A stretch of DNA of 64,000 nt from Octopus vulgaris (Eukaryota), in NCBI GenBank assembly GCA_951406725.2, contig OX597839.1:2914001-2978000 (forward strand), written 5' to 3'. Below the pieces are notes generated by a model. It did no database searches. It had not been told where the DNA came from and was given only the letters and a program-made list of their open reading frames with translations. Position 1 is the stretch's first letter. The number at the start of each line of letters is the position of its first letter. The translations under genes and the position numbers were made by a program. Positions 42,146 through 53,929 of the stretch are shown piece after piece.

Positions 42146-43896
42146 ATATATATATACATATACATATATACATATATATATACATATACATACATATACA
42201 TATATACATATATATATACATATACATACATATACATATACACATATATATATACATATACATATATATACACATATACATATATATACACATATATATA
42301 TACATATACATATATATACATATTCATACATATATACATATATATATATATACATATATATACATACATACATATATACATATATATATATATACATATA
42401 CATACATACATACATACATATATACATATATATATATATACATATATATATACATATATATATATACACATATATATATACATATATATATATACATATA
42501 TATACATACATATATATATACATATACATACATATATACATATATATATATATACACATATATATATATACACACACATATATATACACACATATATATA
42601 CACACACATATATATATACACACATATATATATACACACATATATATATACACACACATATATATATATATACACACACACACATATATTTTGAAGTTAG
42701 GTTTAATAAATCTTAAAGTATAGAGTGATTCTATTCCTTATCTGTAACTTCATTCTATTTACATTTATTGATAAACCATAACTGTTCCCATTCACAATCT
42801 TCATTGATAAAGCGTATTTGTTACTCACGCTTAATGAATTCTTCAACAATTCATTCTTTTTTTTGCTTATAACGTAATTCTATGAGTATTCTTATAAACG
42901 CTGTAAAGACGTTTTCTGATTCAAAATTTTACTTCATCACAAAACCTCGCTAAGCTAAGTATATATATATTTATATTTAAGATCTTTGAATTTTAATATT
43001 TTATAAATCTTATGGTGTAATAATATTGTTTTTTATGTAAATATCGTTGTTTATGTAATGATCTAATTATCGTAATTTTCTTTATAATTATTTGATATTA
43101 TCTTTAAGTTTATTCGTAAGAATTTACTTAGCGATAGATATGTTGTTTGATAGCATGTATACAAGTTGTTTGAAGTTAGGTTTATGTATATACATACATT
43201 AATAGCATTAATTGTAGTTTTAAATTACTTGTAATTATTATTTTATCTTATCTACTGTCTTTTTAAATTGATATTTGCTAGATTTATTATTCCCATTGAT
43301 AAATATATTTATAGTATTTATTTGATACTATATAACTATAAATTGATTATTTCTTTAAGTATTTTAAATATAAGATTTCTGAAAGTTATTATTTAGCCAA
43401 CGAAATATAAAGATAGTTAATTTGATATAGCGTTCGTTTAAGATTGTTTGTTTGTTTGTTTTTTGAAATTAGCTATTTCATCTTTAAATATGAAAAATTA
43501 ATTTATTAGGTCTTTATTATATGTGCATGTATATATTTATAGAGGTTATTTTAGATCTTAATTATAATATTTATATACATATATATATTTTCATTGATAA
43601 TATATATATTATTTGAATTTTATATTTTTAATAATATAATAGTTTTTTTGTAAAATATTTATGTAATTAGATATTGACTATTACTGATATTAGATTATTG
43701 GTGGGTTTCTTACCTTAAAAATTAATACTTAAAAATTAAAATTAATATTTAACATTATAATTGATGTTTTGATTTAATCATAATCGTTAAATTTCTAGTT
43801 TGATAATTGAGTTTTTTTATAAGTAAAATTATTATATTATTTATCTCTTAAAAATATTGTTTAAATATTTCTGTTTACTTATTAAAATATTACAAT

Positions 43897-43990
43897 TAAC
43901 CTGAAGATTGACTAACCATAATTCGAATTATTAATTGAATTTAAATTATTGTTATTCGAATTGGTTACGGGCATGAAACGATCGTAGTGT
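43897..43990 (+). ncRNA. Hammerhead-like motif with long stem II
   Basis: CTGAAGA ... taacc...aattcgaat / attcgaatt ggtta ... GAAA CGATCG TA; stem I is weak. Confidence 0.6.
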
Positions 43991-44589
43991 TTTTACTATT
44001 TATCTTATATTAAACTTTTAATACTTTTTGATAGTTATATAACTTACAATATATATATTTAAAATTTATAAGTTTAAATTATTTAAATAATTTTTAAAAT
44101 TTTAACTTTAATTTAAATATTTTAATTTGGAATTTTATATTCTATATTTTTTATATTTATATTTTATTTTATATTTTTTTAATTAATTTTTTTCTATGTA
44201 TTGACTTATGATCTTCACTGTTTGATTTGCCTAATAGTGGTTTTATCTCTAATTTAATATAATATATATATATATACATATATATACACATACATACATA
44301 TATGCATACATACATATGCATACATACATACGCATACATACATACATACATACATACGCATACATACATACATACATACATACGCATACATACATACGCA
44401 TACATACATACATATGCATACATACATACATATATATGCATACATACATACATACATATATATGCATACATACATACATATATATGCATACATACATACA
44501 TATATATGCATACATACATACATATATATGCATACATACATATACATACATATGCATACATACATATACATACATATGCATACACACAT

Positions 44590-44634
<45 letters not shown>

Positions 44635-44663
44635 TACATATGCATACATACATATACATACAT

Positions 44664-44724
<61 letters not shown>

Positions 44725-44726
<2 letters not shown>

Positions 44727-45146
44727 CGCAGGAGTGGCTGTGTGGTAAGTAGTTTGCTAACCAACCACATGGTTTCGGGTTCAGTCCCACTGCGTGGCAC
44801 CTTGGGCAAGTGTCTTCTGCTATAGCCTCGGGCCGACCAATGCCTTGTGAGTGGATTTGGTAGACGGAAACTGAAAGAAGCCTGTCGTATATATGTATAT
44901 ATATATATGTATGTGTGTGTGTGTTTGTGTGTCTGTGTTTGTCTCCCTAGCATTGCTTGACAACCGATGCTGGTGTGTTTACGTCCCCGTTACTTAGCGG
45001 TTCGGCAAAAGAGACCGATAGAATAAGTACTGGGCTTACAAAGAATAAATCCCGGGGTCGATTTTCTCGACTAAAGGCGGTGCTCCAGCATGGCAGCAGT
45101 CAAATGACTGAAACAAGTAAAAGAGTAAAAGAGAGAGTAAGAGAGT
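44725..45146 (+). mobile_element. SINE family A, full-length reference copy
   Basis: ggcgcaggagtggctgtgtggtaag (A box) ... ggttcagtccc (B box), internal microsatellite, LINE-like tail, (AAGAGT)-type end. Confidence 0.92.
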
Positions 45147-45481
45147 ATATACATATGGTTTGTTATGTGAATTTATGGAAAGGTATCCCATAGAATTCAA
45201 CAAATTTGTTAAAAATGGAGAAGAGAAAATGTTAAGATTTCAAAGAATTTGAATTCATGCATACGATCGTTTCAAACAACGATATTAAAACAGGCAAATT
45301 CAAGGTAGAATAATATAATTATTTTGATTAAATTAAATTAATTATATATCACGTTGTTTTGACTTCTTTGCTCTTAAAATGTTCGCTACACTTCTCTATA
45401 ATTTCAATTGCTTCTTTTTAATCGTGTTAGTTGTTGGATAGATTGTCATCAAGATCTTTCTTGTTTATACCTGTTTGAAAT

Positions 45482-45562
45482 GTTATCTGAGGTTGGTGGA
45501 TTTATACTATGATGTAATATATGAATACAGCAATAAAATTCTACCGAAACAGCTGTAGTAAT
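45482..45562 (+). ncRNA. Hammerhead-like motif, variant core
   Basis: gttat CTGAGGT t ggtggattt...aaattctacc GAAA CAGCTG TA gtaat. Confidence 0.6.
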
Positions 45563-45616
45563 TTTAAAATACATTCATGTTCTTAAGATTAGATATATAT
45601 ATATATATATATATAA

Positions 45617-45826
45617 AGTTAATCCAAACATGAAAACACAAATAGAAAACACAACAACGCGAGGACGTGGAACAAGTACAGTGTTATTGGGTGCTCAGGA
45701 AAGGAAAGAAAGAAGGAGGATTTAACGTTTCGAGTGGAGCTCTTCGTCAGAAACATAGGAAAAGAAAAGATCCAGGGAAGGGAAGACGGAGGGAAAAAAG
45801 TCGCCAACGATACACACGCGGTCACA
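45617..45826 (-). mobile_element. Hammerhead-bearing short retroelement of about 200 bp (copy 2)
   Basis: Same ends as 19938-20137 (gttaatccaaac...gcggtcaca), adjacent to (TA)n. Confidence 0.8.
45721..45753 (-). ncRNA. Minimal type I hammerhead motif
   Basis: Reverse complement: ttt CTGACGA a gag ctcca ctc GAAA CG TT aaa; palindromic AACGTT replaces stem III. Confidence 0.7.
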
Positions 45827-46064
45827 GAAAAAGAGAAAGAGAATGAAGATTATGGAAATCTATTATTCACTGCGATCGCTTTGACTCACCGTGCTCGGTT
45901 CCTCGCAGGTGAGGTGCATTATTGAGGCAATGGACACGATGGAATTCTTGAAGTAAATCTAATGGCATTTAAAATCCATATCCTTGATGACATCAGATAA
46001 CCGAATACTTCAAGTAGTTTTAAAGGGCATACTACGATATGTAGATCCAAATTTTAAAATTACA

Positions 46065-46109
<45 letters not shown>

Positions 46110-46530
46110 GTGTTTAACACGAGGAAAAGATTATTAAGTATGTTAAAGTACAACGCAGTGTATTGTTTGTAGACAGAATCATGGATTTTATCGAAAGTAC
46201 AATCAAAGAGATTGCAAGCCTTTCAAGTGTGTGCCGTTAAAAGTCTGTTGAGAATATGACGGATAGAATATTAAAAAAAGAACACTCACAAAAAGTGAAA
46301 TACGAATTGCTGAAGAGAATTGTATTAGACTCCATCAAAGAAAGAAAACTAAAATATTTTGGACATATCACAAAGAAAAAAAATGTTATGCATAGAAACT
46401 TTAATGGAAAGTGAAGTGTAAGAGGGAAAGGAAAAGAAAAAACGAGAATTATATTGATGGATAATATCAAGAAATGGACAGACTTAAGAAGTACAGGAGA
46501 GATTGTGAGGGCGATCTATGCTCTTCCACC
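46110..46530 (+). mobile_element. RTE-like LINE 3' remnant
   Basis: RKLKYFGHIT motif and downstream GKGK/W-containing segment typical of RTE C-termini. Confidence 0.6.
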
Positions 46531-46752
46531 TGCTGAATAAAAGGAGCGGCTGATGCTGATGTTGGTATAGATGCTGCTCCGCTGCTGCTGCTTTGCTGTT
46601 CTGCCACTATACTGCTCTGCTGCTGCGGTTCCGCTGCTGTAGCTGATTCACTGCTGCTCTACAACTGCTCCGCTGCTGCTCTACAACTGCTGCTCCGCTG
46701 TTGCTGCTCTGTAACTGCCGCTACTTGATATATATATCTATGGTAACATTTG

Positions 46753-46987
46753 AAGGCGGCGAGCTGGCAAAAACGCTAGCACGCCGGGCGAAATGCGTAG
46801 CCGTATTTCGTCTGCCGTTACGTTCTGAGTTCAAATTCCGCCGAGGTCGACTTTGCCTGTCATCCTTTCGGGGTCGATAAATTAAGTACCAGTTACGCAC
46901 TGGGGTCGATGTAATCGACTTAATCCGTTTGTCTGTTTTTGTTTGTCTCCTATATGTTCAGCCCCTTGTGGGCAGTAAAGAAATATA
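46753..46987 (+). mobile_element. SINE family B
   Basis: Full length, CpGs intact. Confidence 0.92.
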
Positions 46988-47107
46988 TAATTATTGAAGT
47001 AAATCTAGTGGCATTTAAAATCCATATCCTTGATGACATTAGATAACCGAAAACTTCAGGTAGTTTTAAAGGGCATACTACGATGTGTAGATCCAAATTT
47101 TAAAATG

Positions 47108-47162
<55 letters not shown>

Positions 47163-47229
47163 ACACGTGTGTGTGTGTATATACACACACACACACACAT
47201 ATATATATAACACACACACACACACACAC

Positions 47230-47274
<45 letters not shown>

Positions 47275-47407
47275 TACATACATACATACATATACGCATA
47301 AACATACATACATATATATACGCATAAACATACATATATATATATAGATCCAAATTTTAAAATTATCTATCTATCACACGTGTGTGTGTATACACACACA
47401 CACACAC

Positions 47408-47447
<40 letters not shown>

Positions 47448-47531
47448 TACATACATCACATATATATACATACACATACAAATATATACATACATACATA
47501 TACATACATACATACATACATACACAAATAT

Positions 47532-47565
<34 letters not shown>

Positions 47566-47619
47566 GTAGAAAGTTGAAAAGGAACACACGAATTGATATA
47601 TATATATAGATAGATATAT

Positions 47620-47778
47620 AGGACGGGTTTCTTTCAGTTTACATCTACCAAATCTACTCAAAAGGCTTTGGTCGGCCCGAGGCTATAATAGAAAGACACT
47701 TGCCCAAGGTGCCACGCAGTGATACTGAACCCGGAACCATGTGGCTGGTTAGCAATCTACTTACCACTCAGCCATTCC
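47620..47778 (-). mobile_element. SINE family A, 5' half
   Basis: Reverse-complement match to the family A head. Confidence 0.8.
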
Positions 47779-48102
47779 TATCTATCTATCTATCTCTCTA
47801 CTTATCTATCTATCTATCTCTCTACTTATCTATCTATCTACTTATCTATCTATCTATCTATCTACTTATCTATCTATGTATCTACTTACCTATACCTACC
47901 TACTTACTTGTCTGTCCTATCAATCTCAATCTCTCTCTGTCTCTGTCTCTCTCTATCTCTCTCTCTCTACACACACACACATATGTATATAAATATCCGT
48001 ATCCTCACGGAAATTACAACGTGTTTTCATTCACATTCACGCTGCATAGAAAGAGGCTGAAAAGACAAATGGAAACCATAAGTGTTGGTATAAAAATAAA
48101 TC

Positions 48103-48367
48103 GAAAGTGAAAACACTGCGTATTGGTTTTTAAGAAGTTCACACACACACACACACGCAATACACAAGCAAAAACACATAAATACATATACACGCGAGAG
48201 GTCTAGCGTATACACATGCAAAACAGATTCAGAATTACTTTGTAACATAAGGTAATAGCTTAATGATGTCTCGCTTTAAGTTCACAATTCGTCGTGACGC
48301 CGGTAGGAAAACTGAGGCAAAGTGAAAATGTGCTTTGAAAGGGAACCAGTGCTTTCACTTTCACTTC
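48103..48367. promoter_or_regulatory. Cluster of IRF/ISRE-like (also PRDM1-like) motifs
   Basis: GAAAGTGAAA (48103), AAAGTGAAA (48319), CTTTCACTTTCACTTC (48352) in mostly non-repetitive, CpG-containing DNA. Confidence 0.35.
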
Positions 48368-48918
48368 AATTTCGTTTAAGTGTTCGTTTTTTAAATGTAA
48401 CACGATTAGATGGAAAAGAGTAAACTCAATCAGTTTCGAAACATTTTACCTGTCACTCGCTTGAGAAGATATATTGCCAAACTATAAACAAGAAAATATC
48501 TCTGTCTCTCTTTCTTTCCATCCCTCTCTCTCTCTCTATATATATATATGTATGTACACATATATATACAAACATACACATATATATAACTCATGTATTC
48601 ATATATATGTTTATATATATACATACATACATACATATATATGCATATATATACATACATATACATACATATATATGCATATATATACATACATATACAT
48701 ACATATATATATATGCATATATATATACATACATATACATATATATATATGCATATATATATACATACATATATATATACATATATATATATGCATATAT
48801 ACATTCATATATATGCATATATACATTCATATATATGCATATATACATACATACATATGCATATATACATACATACATATGCATATATACATACATACAT
48901 ATGCATATATATACATAC

Positions 48919-48961
<43 letters not shown>

Positions 48962-49237
48962 CATATATATGCATACATATACATACATATATATGCATAT
49001 ACATATATATATATAAATGTATACATACGTTTATATGTACATACATTTAGATACATAACTATACACAAACAGACACGGGCACACACACACATATATTTAG
49101 GTAGGTTGGATAGAATCGCAGCTGTTTCATCTTGAAGCACATTACTTACAATCCGGCGAATAGTTGTTGTTGTTCTTGCTGTATTGATGTGAGGTGCTTA
49201 TCAGAGTTGAAAATTCTGGAAACATTGTTTGCAGAAT

Positions 49238-49444
49238 TATTATACAATAAAACATGAATTTGGAAAAGTTTTGGGCACTATTTATTCACCACTACACATG
49301 TTTCAATTACTAATAGGAATTACGTTGTTTCACATCCCTTACATGTCTATTTAACATGTAAAACACTATAATTACTATTAGCAATTGAAACATGTGTAAC
49401 GGTGAACAACACCCCAAAGTTTTCCAAATTCTGTTTTGTTATAA
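49238..49444. repeat. Imperfect palindrome of about 200 bp
   Basis: aaaacatgaatttggaaaa...ttcaccactacacatgtttcaatt mirrored by aattgaaacatgtgtaacggtgaa...ttttccaaattctgtttt; each arm has a GAAA CATGTG TA hammerhead-like half. Confidence 0.75.
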
Positions 49445-49619
49445 GATCCAAAAAGTCAGGTACGGCTATGTAAGTGCTACGGAAGGACAGCTGTAAGGCT
49501 CCCGGTTCGATAATAGTATGAGTGAGGAGTCTAACACGGGTCGCGTGTGAGCGTGTCTATGTTAAATAAAATGTGACAACAAAGCCGAGGCAGTGTGAAA
49601 TTTCTAGGACATCTTATAT

Positions 49620-49838
49620 AATTCTTTATTTCCCACAAGGGGCTAAACATAGAGGGGACAAAGAAGGACAGACAAACGGATTAAGTCGATTACATCGACC
49701 CCAGTGCGTAACTGGTACTTTATTTATCGACCCCGAAAGGATGGAAGGCAAAGTCGACCTCGGCGGAATTTGAACGACAGATGAAATACCGCTACGCATT
49801 TCGCCCGGCGTGGTAACGTTTCTGCTAGCTCGCCGCCC
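49620..49838 (-). mobile_element. SINE family B
   Basis: TSD ttctaggacatcttata on both sides. Confidence 0.92.
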
Positions 49839-49869
49839 TATTCTAGGACATCTTATAAAGAGAAAGGTA

Positions 49870-49916
49870 ATCTTACAGCTGTTTCAGAGATATAAAAATA
49901 TTCCATCATCAGAGAC
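49870..49916 (-). ncRNA. Minimal type I hammerhead ribozyme motif
   Basis: Reverse complement: gtct CTGATGA tggaatat tttt atatctct GAAA CAGCTG TA agat. Confidence 0.75.
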
Positions 49917-50106
49917 GATATGAGAGAGTTAGATCGAAGGAAATAGAGTTCAATACAGGATGTTATTTTGGGAAGGGAGAGATCTCCCCCAATCCTTTAG
50001 ACCTATACCATTTTTCTTCCTCCTAACATACTTATCTATTCTATTTTCAAAATTTCCTTTACACTACAAGGTCCTTCTGAATGAACACCACATGGAATTA
50101 ATACCT

Positions 50107-50389
50107 ATTTCTTTTTACTACCCACAAGGGGCTAAACACAGAGAGGACAAACAAAGACAGACAAACGGATTAAGTCGATTATATCGACCCCAGTGCGTAA
50201 CTGGTACTTATTTAATCGACCCCGAAAGGATGAAAGGCGAAGTCGACCTCGGCGGAATTTGAACTCAGAACGTAGCGGCAGACGAAATACCGCTAAGCAT
50301 TTCGCCTGACGTGCTAACGTTTCCGCCACCTTTCTACCTTCCTTTTTTTCTTCTGTTGAAGAACAAACCATTTGTTGCTGCAATGTGTA
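50107..50389 (-). mobile_element. SINE family B with a foreign 5' extension
   Basis: 18-bp TSD cacatggaattaatacct at 50089-50106 and 50390-50407. Confidence 0.88.
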
Positions 50390-50460
50390 CACATGGAATT
50401 AATACCTGCACACTATCCATCTGTAATAACAATATATGAACTCCTACCAGAACTTACATG

Positions 50461-50830
50461 GAAGGAAGCACTCCGTCGGTTACGACGACGAGGGTTCCGG
50501 TTGATCCGATCAACGGAACAGCCTGCACGTGAAATTAACGTGTAAGTGGCTGAGCACTCCACAGACACGTGTACCCTTAACGTAGTTCTCGGGGATATTC
50601 AGCGTGACACAGAGAGTGACAAGGCCGGCCCTTTGAAATACAGGTACAACAAAAACAGGGAGTAAGAGTGAGAGAAAGTTGTGGTGAAAGAGTACAGCAG
50701 GGATCACCACCATCCCCTGCCGGAGCCTCGTGGAGCTTTAGATGTTTTCGCTCAATAAACACTTACAACGCCCGGTCTGGGAATCGAAACCGCGAGTCCG
50801 CTGCCCTAACCACTGGGCCATTGCGCCTCC
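50461..50830 (-). mobile_element. SINE family C, tail type 2
   Basis: Same head and core as 8547-8854 with a different tail; TSD agaacttacat. Confidence 0.9.
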
Positions 50831-51029
50831 AGAACTTACATACCATGTACAGGAAGCCTTTTTACCCATACTACACAACACATTCCTTGGATAATCGAAC
50901 ATCAAGTTTAACATCCAACATTTTTTTTTTGTTCTTACATTTCTCTTTATACTTCCTATATCTCTCCCTTTCCAAAATAACTTTTTCTATTGAATTCTAC
51001 CATTTCCTTCTATTTAACTCTCTTATATC

Positions 51030-51078
51030 GTCTCTGATGATGGGATATCTTTCATATCCCTGAAACAGCTGTTAAGAC
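51030..51078 (+). ncRNA. Minimal type I hammerhead ribozyme motif
   Basis: gtct CTGATGA t gggatat ctttc atatccc t GAAA CAGCTG TTA agac; one extra T at the cleavage site. Confidence 0.75.
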
Positions 51079-51138
51079 TACCTTTCTCTAATGTCCCAGA
51101 AATTCCATACTATCTTGGCCTTGTTGACTCATTTTATT

Positions 51139-51174
<36 letters not shown>

Positions 51175-51515
51175 CCTTGACAAAAATAGTGCTGAGAGTG
51201 ACCTGAAGTTTCTTAAACTGTCATCGGATAGTCCGATGAACTAACTTGAATGAATGAATGAATGTATGTATGTGTGTATACACACAAACATAATTACCCC
51301 CACACAATTATGGACTACAGCAGGATTTGCATTACGCTCTGAACGAATACCAGCGGGTAGAGTGATCGGGCGCCTAACGCTTCCGCTTCTGTGCATGTAT
51401 ATGTATATGTTCGTATGTATGTGTGCCTGTATATGGGTGTGCGTGCGCGTTCCTGTGTGTATGTATGTTTGTGTGTTCCTATGTATATGTGTGTCTGTGC
51501 GCATAGGTGTATGTG

Positions 51516-51589
<74 letters not shown>

Positions 51590-51836
51590 ATATATATATG
51601 TGTGTGTATATATATATATATGTGTGTGTGTATATATATATATGTGTGTGTGTGTATATATATATATGTGTGTGTGTATATATATATATATATATGTGTG
51701 TATATATATATATGTGTATATATATATATATGTGTGTGTGTGTATATATGTGTGTATATATGTGTATATATATATATATGTGTAAATATATATGTGTATA
51801 TATATATGTGTGTGTGTGTGTATATATATATATGTG

Positions 51837-51869
<33 letters not shown>

Positions 51870-51891
51870 ACATATATACATATATACACAC

Positions 51892-51927
<36 letters not shown>

Positions 51928-51972
51928 ATATATACATACATACATATATGTATATGTATATATATATATGTG

Positions 51973-52003
<31 letters not shown>

Positions 52004-52350
52004 GTACGTATGCGTGGGATGCTTGTTGCTTTGTGTGGGTGTTTTCGTCCTATTCTCTGCTTTTGATTTAATTAATCCATAAACAATTGTTTCTCCATAA
52101 AAAAAAACACATTCAAATCTCTTTTACAGAAACATAACGCCATGTATAAATTTAATCACAACTTATCAATATAATTGACATGACATGTGAATGTTGGTTG
52201 GCCACAAATCAAACACTGCTTCAAACCATCGCTTTTAATAATGAAATTTGCATGACTATTCCTATGAGATATGTCCCAGCTTTTTTCTTCTTCTTTGCCT
52301 CCCCTCCTGTCCCTCCACCACCATCATCATTATCATTATTATTATTATTC

Positions 52351-52518
52351 AGGTGGCGAGCTGGCAGAATCGTTAACACACTAGGCGAAATGCTTAGCAG
52401 TATTTTGTCTGCCGTTACGTTCCGAGTTCAAATTCCGCCGAGGTCGACTTTGCCTATCATCTTTTCGGGGGTCGATAAATTAAGTACCAGTTACGTACTG
52501 GGGTCGATGTAATCGACT
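52351..52518 (+). mobile_element. SINE family B, lacking its tail
   Basis: Head and core match. Confidence 0.85.
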
Positions 52519-53590
52519 TTTGCTTTGCATTTGTACAAGTTAACTCCAAGTCTTACCCAGAAACCTCAGGAGACAACAAGTTAGAAGTTTATGTTGGTCT
52601 TATGCCTATGGTGCCATATATTTGGTTTTGTACATAGTATTATTCTAGAGAATGTTTAAGAAAAATAAGATAATTATGAGTTGAGATTGCATAGTTAGTA
52701 TTTTACGTAGGATATGGGCAGTTCCCATGAGCACTATCTTTTGAATTTCTGCCATTTTGGGGTTTCCTGGTATCTGAGCTAGGTAGCAATCAACCTCTTT
52801 TGTTATCATTCCATATTTTGCTAATTTCTTTATACTTGCTCAGTTTTTGGTAGGTCTTGACAGATACGTTTATATCGATTGGGACAGTCATGATTTTTGT
52901 CTGAAATCTTTCAATTTAATGTCTGGCCTATTTGCATCTGTCTTTCTGTCAGTTTGAACGGTGAAGTTCCATAGGAGTGAGATGTGATCATTTTCAAGCA
53001 CTGGAAGTGGTTTGTGTTCCCACCAGTTTTTATCACGTGGCTGGTCCAGATTTTGTAAATTACTTAGTGAATATATTGTGCTGCTCTATCATGCCTACTG
53101 AGATACTCTGTTGGCGGGAGGCTACCGTTCTTTAATATGTTGGCCTGGTAGTTTCTTGTAGGTAAGCATTGATCTTGTGCTGCTATGATAAACCCTTGTG
53201 TTTTTGATTTTAAGCCAGAAGCTTGATGGGTAAGAGCTTTATCAACATCGGCATTATCCGCTCTCTTTGTGTATTTGCCATTGTGAGGTTTTTCTTGTCA
53301 TTTATCAGTAAGAATATCTAAGGCAGCAGTTTTAGCACGGGTTTTCATACGCTTAGCTTTTTTGTGCTTGATTCTAGTACGTCTAATTCTGGAATTTGTT
53401 GTATTTGGAATTCACTTATATATTTCTTTGCCTGTTTTATTGCTGCGTATGATACTTTCTTGTTTTCATGTTTTGAGATAAGTTTTAACATCCAGTCCTC
53501 AGAGTTTTCCAGGTAGGTGTCTAGGCCAATTGTGGAAATCTTCATTGTTAATTCCAGTTGTAAAAGTCCACGGCCTCCCTCTTTACTTTA
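52519..53590 (-). mobile_element. R4/Dong-like non-LTR retrotransposon 3' fragment (restriction-like endonuclease region)
   Basis: Minus-strand GGRGLLQLE, TQGFIIAAQDQ, HDRAAQYIH and SLLWNFTVQTDRKTDANRPDI motifs. Confidence 0.85.
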
Positions 53591-53929
53591 CCGCACAACA
53601 GCCAGTGGACATATCTGGCCACATTGTCGTGTCTCCTTTTATATTCGCGTTGTGCGAGCTCACTGACAATATGGCTTATACTTTCTCCCTTTTCAGAGCC
53701 CATCCTACACTGTGGCGAGTCATTGCTTTTATTAATGTGATATTTGGGGTAGTTTGTACTGAGAGCTTGTTCTTAAGCGCTGCACACTAACGCCTCAGCG
53801 GGCCCTTTTAAGCCTCCTTTCTGTAGTCATTGCCAGGTTCTATTCCAATCAATCCCATCTTTGTTCTTCAAGAACTGATTGTGCATTTTCTAGCCCTGCC
53901 AGATTTTCTTCCTCTCCTCTCTCTGGTCA

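Larger units (their letters stand above)
26533..42690. repeat. Giant compound microsatellite domain (TA/CATA/CA) interleaved with LINE and SINE insertions
   Basis: Tracts at about 26533-26960, 27208-27770, 28470-28728, 29107-29768, 30068-31268, 33771-35334, 36320-40431 and 42146-42690. Confidence 0.97.
45948..47400. repeat. Local direct duplication of about 130 bp plus (TATC)n at 45948 and 46994; partial third copy at 47345
   Basis: ttgaagtaaatcta.tggcatttaaaatccatatccttgatgacat...tagatccaaattttaaaat occurs twice. Confidence 0.85.
49558..51143. mobile_element. Penelope-like element with inverted terminal segments, each with a hammerhead; three nested SINEs
   Basis: 49558-49985 (excluding the SINE) is a diverged reverse complement of 50958-51143. 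The Penelope call is inference. Confidence 0.7.

Noticed and set aside
46550-46730. (CTG)-rich poly-Ala/Gln-like stretch
   Set aside because: No splice sites or long clean ORF; low-complexity sequence next to an RTE remnant.
47026-47075. TTGATGA...GAAA hammerhead-like text
   Set aside because: Stems I and II do not pair.
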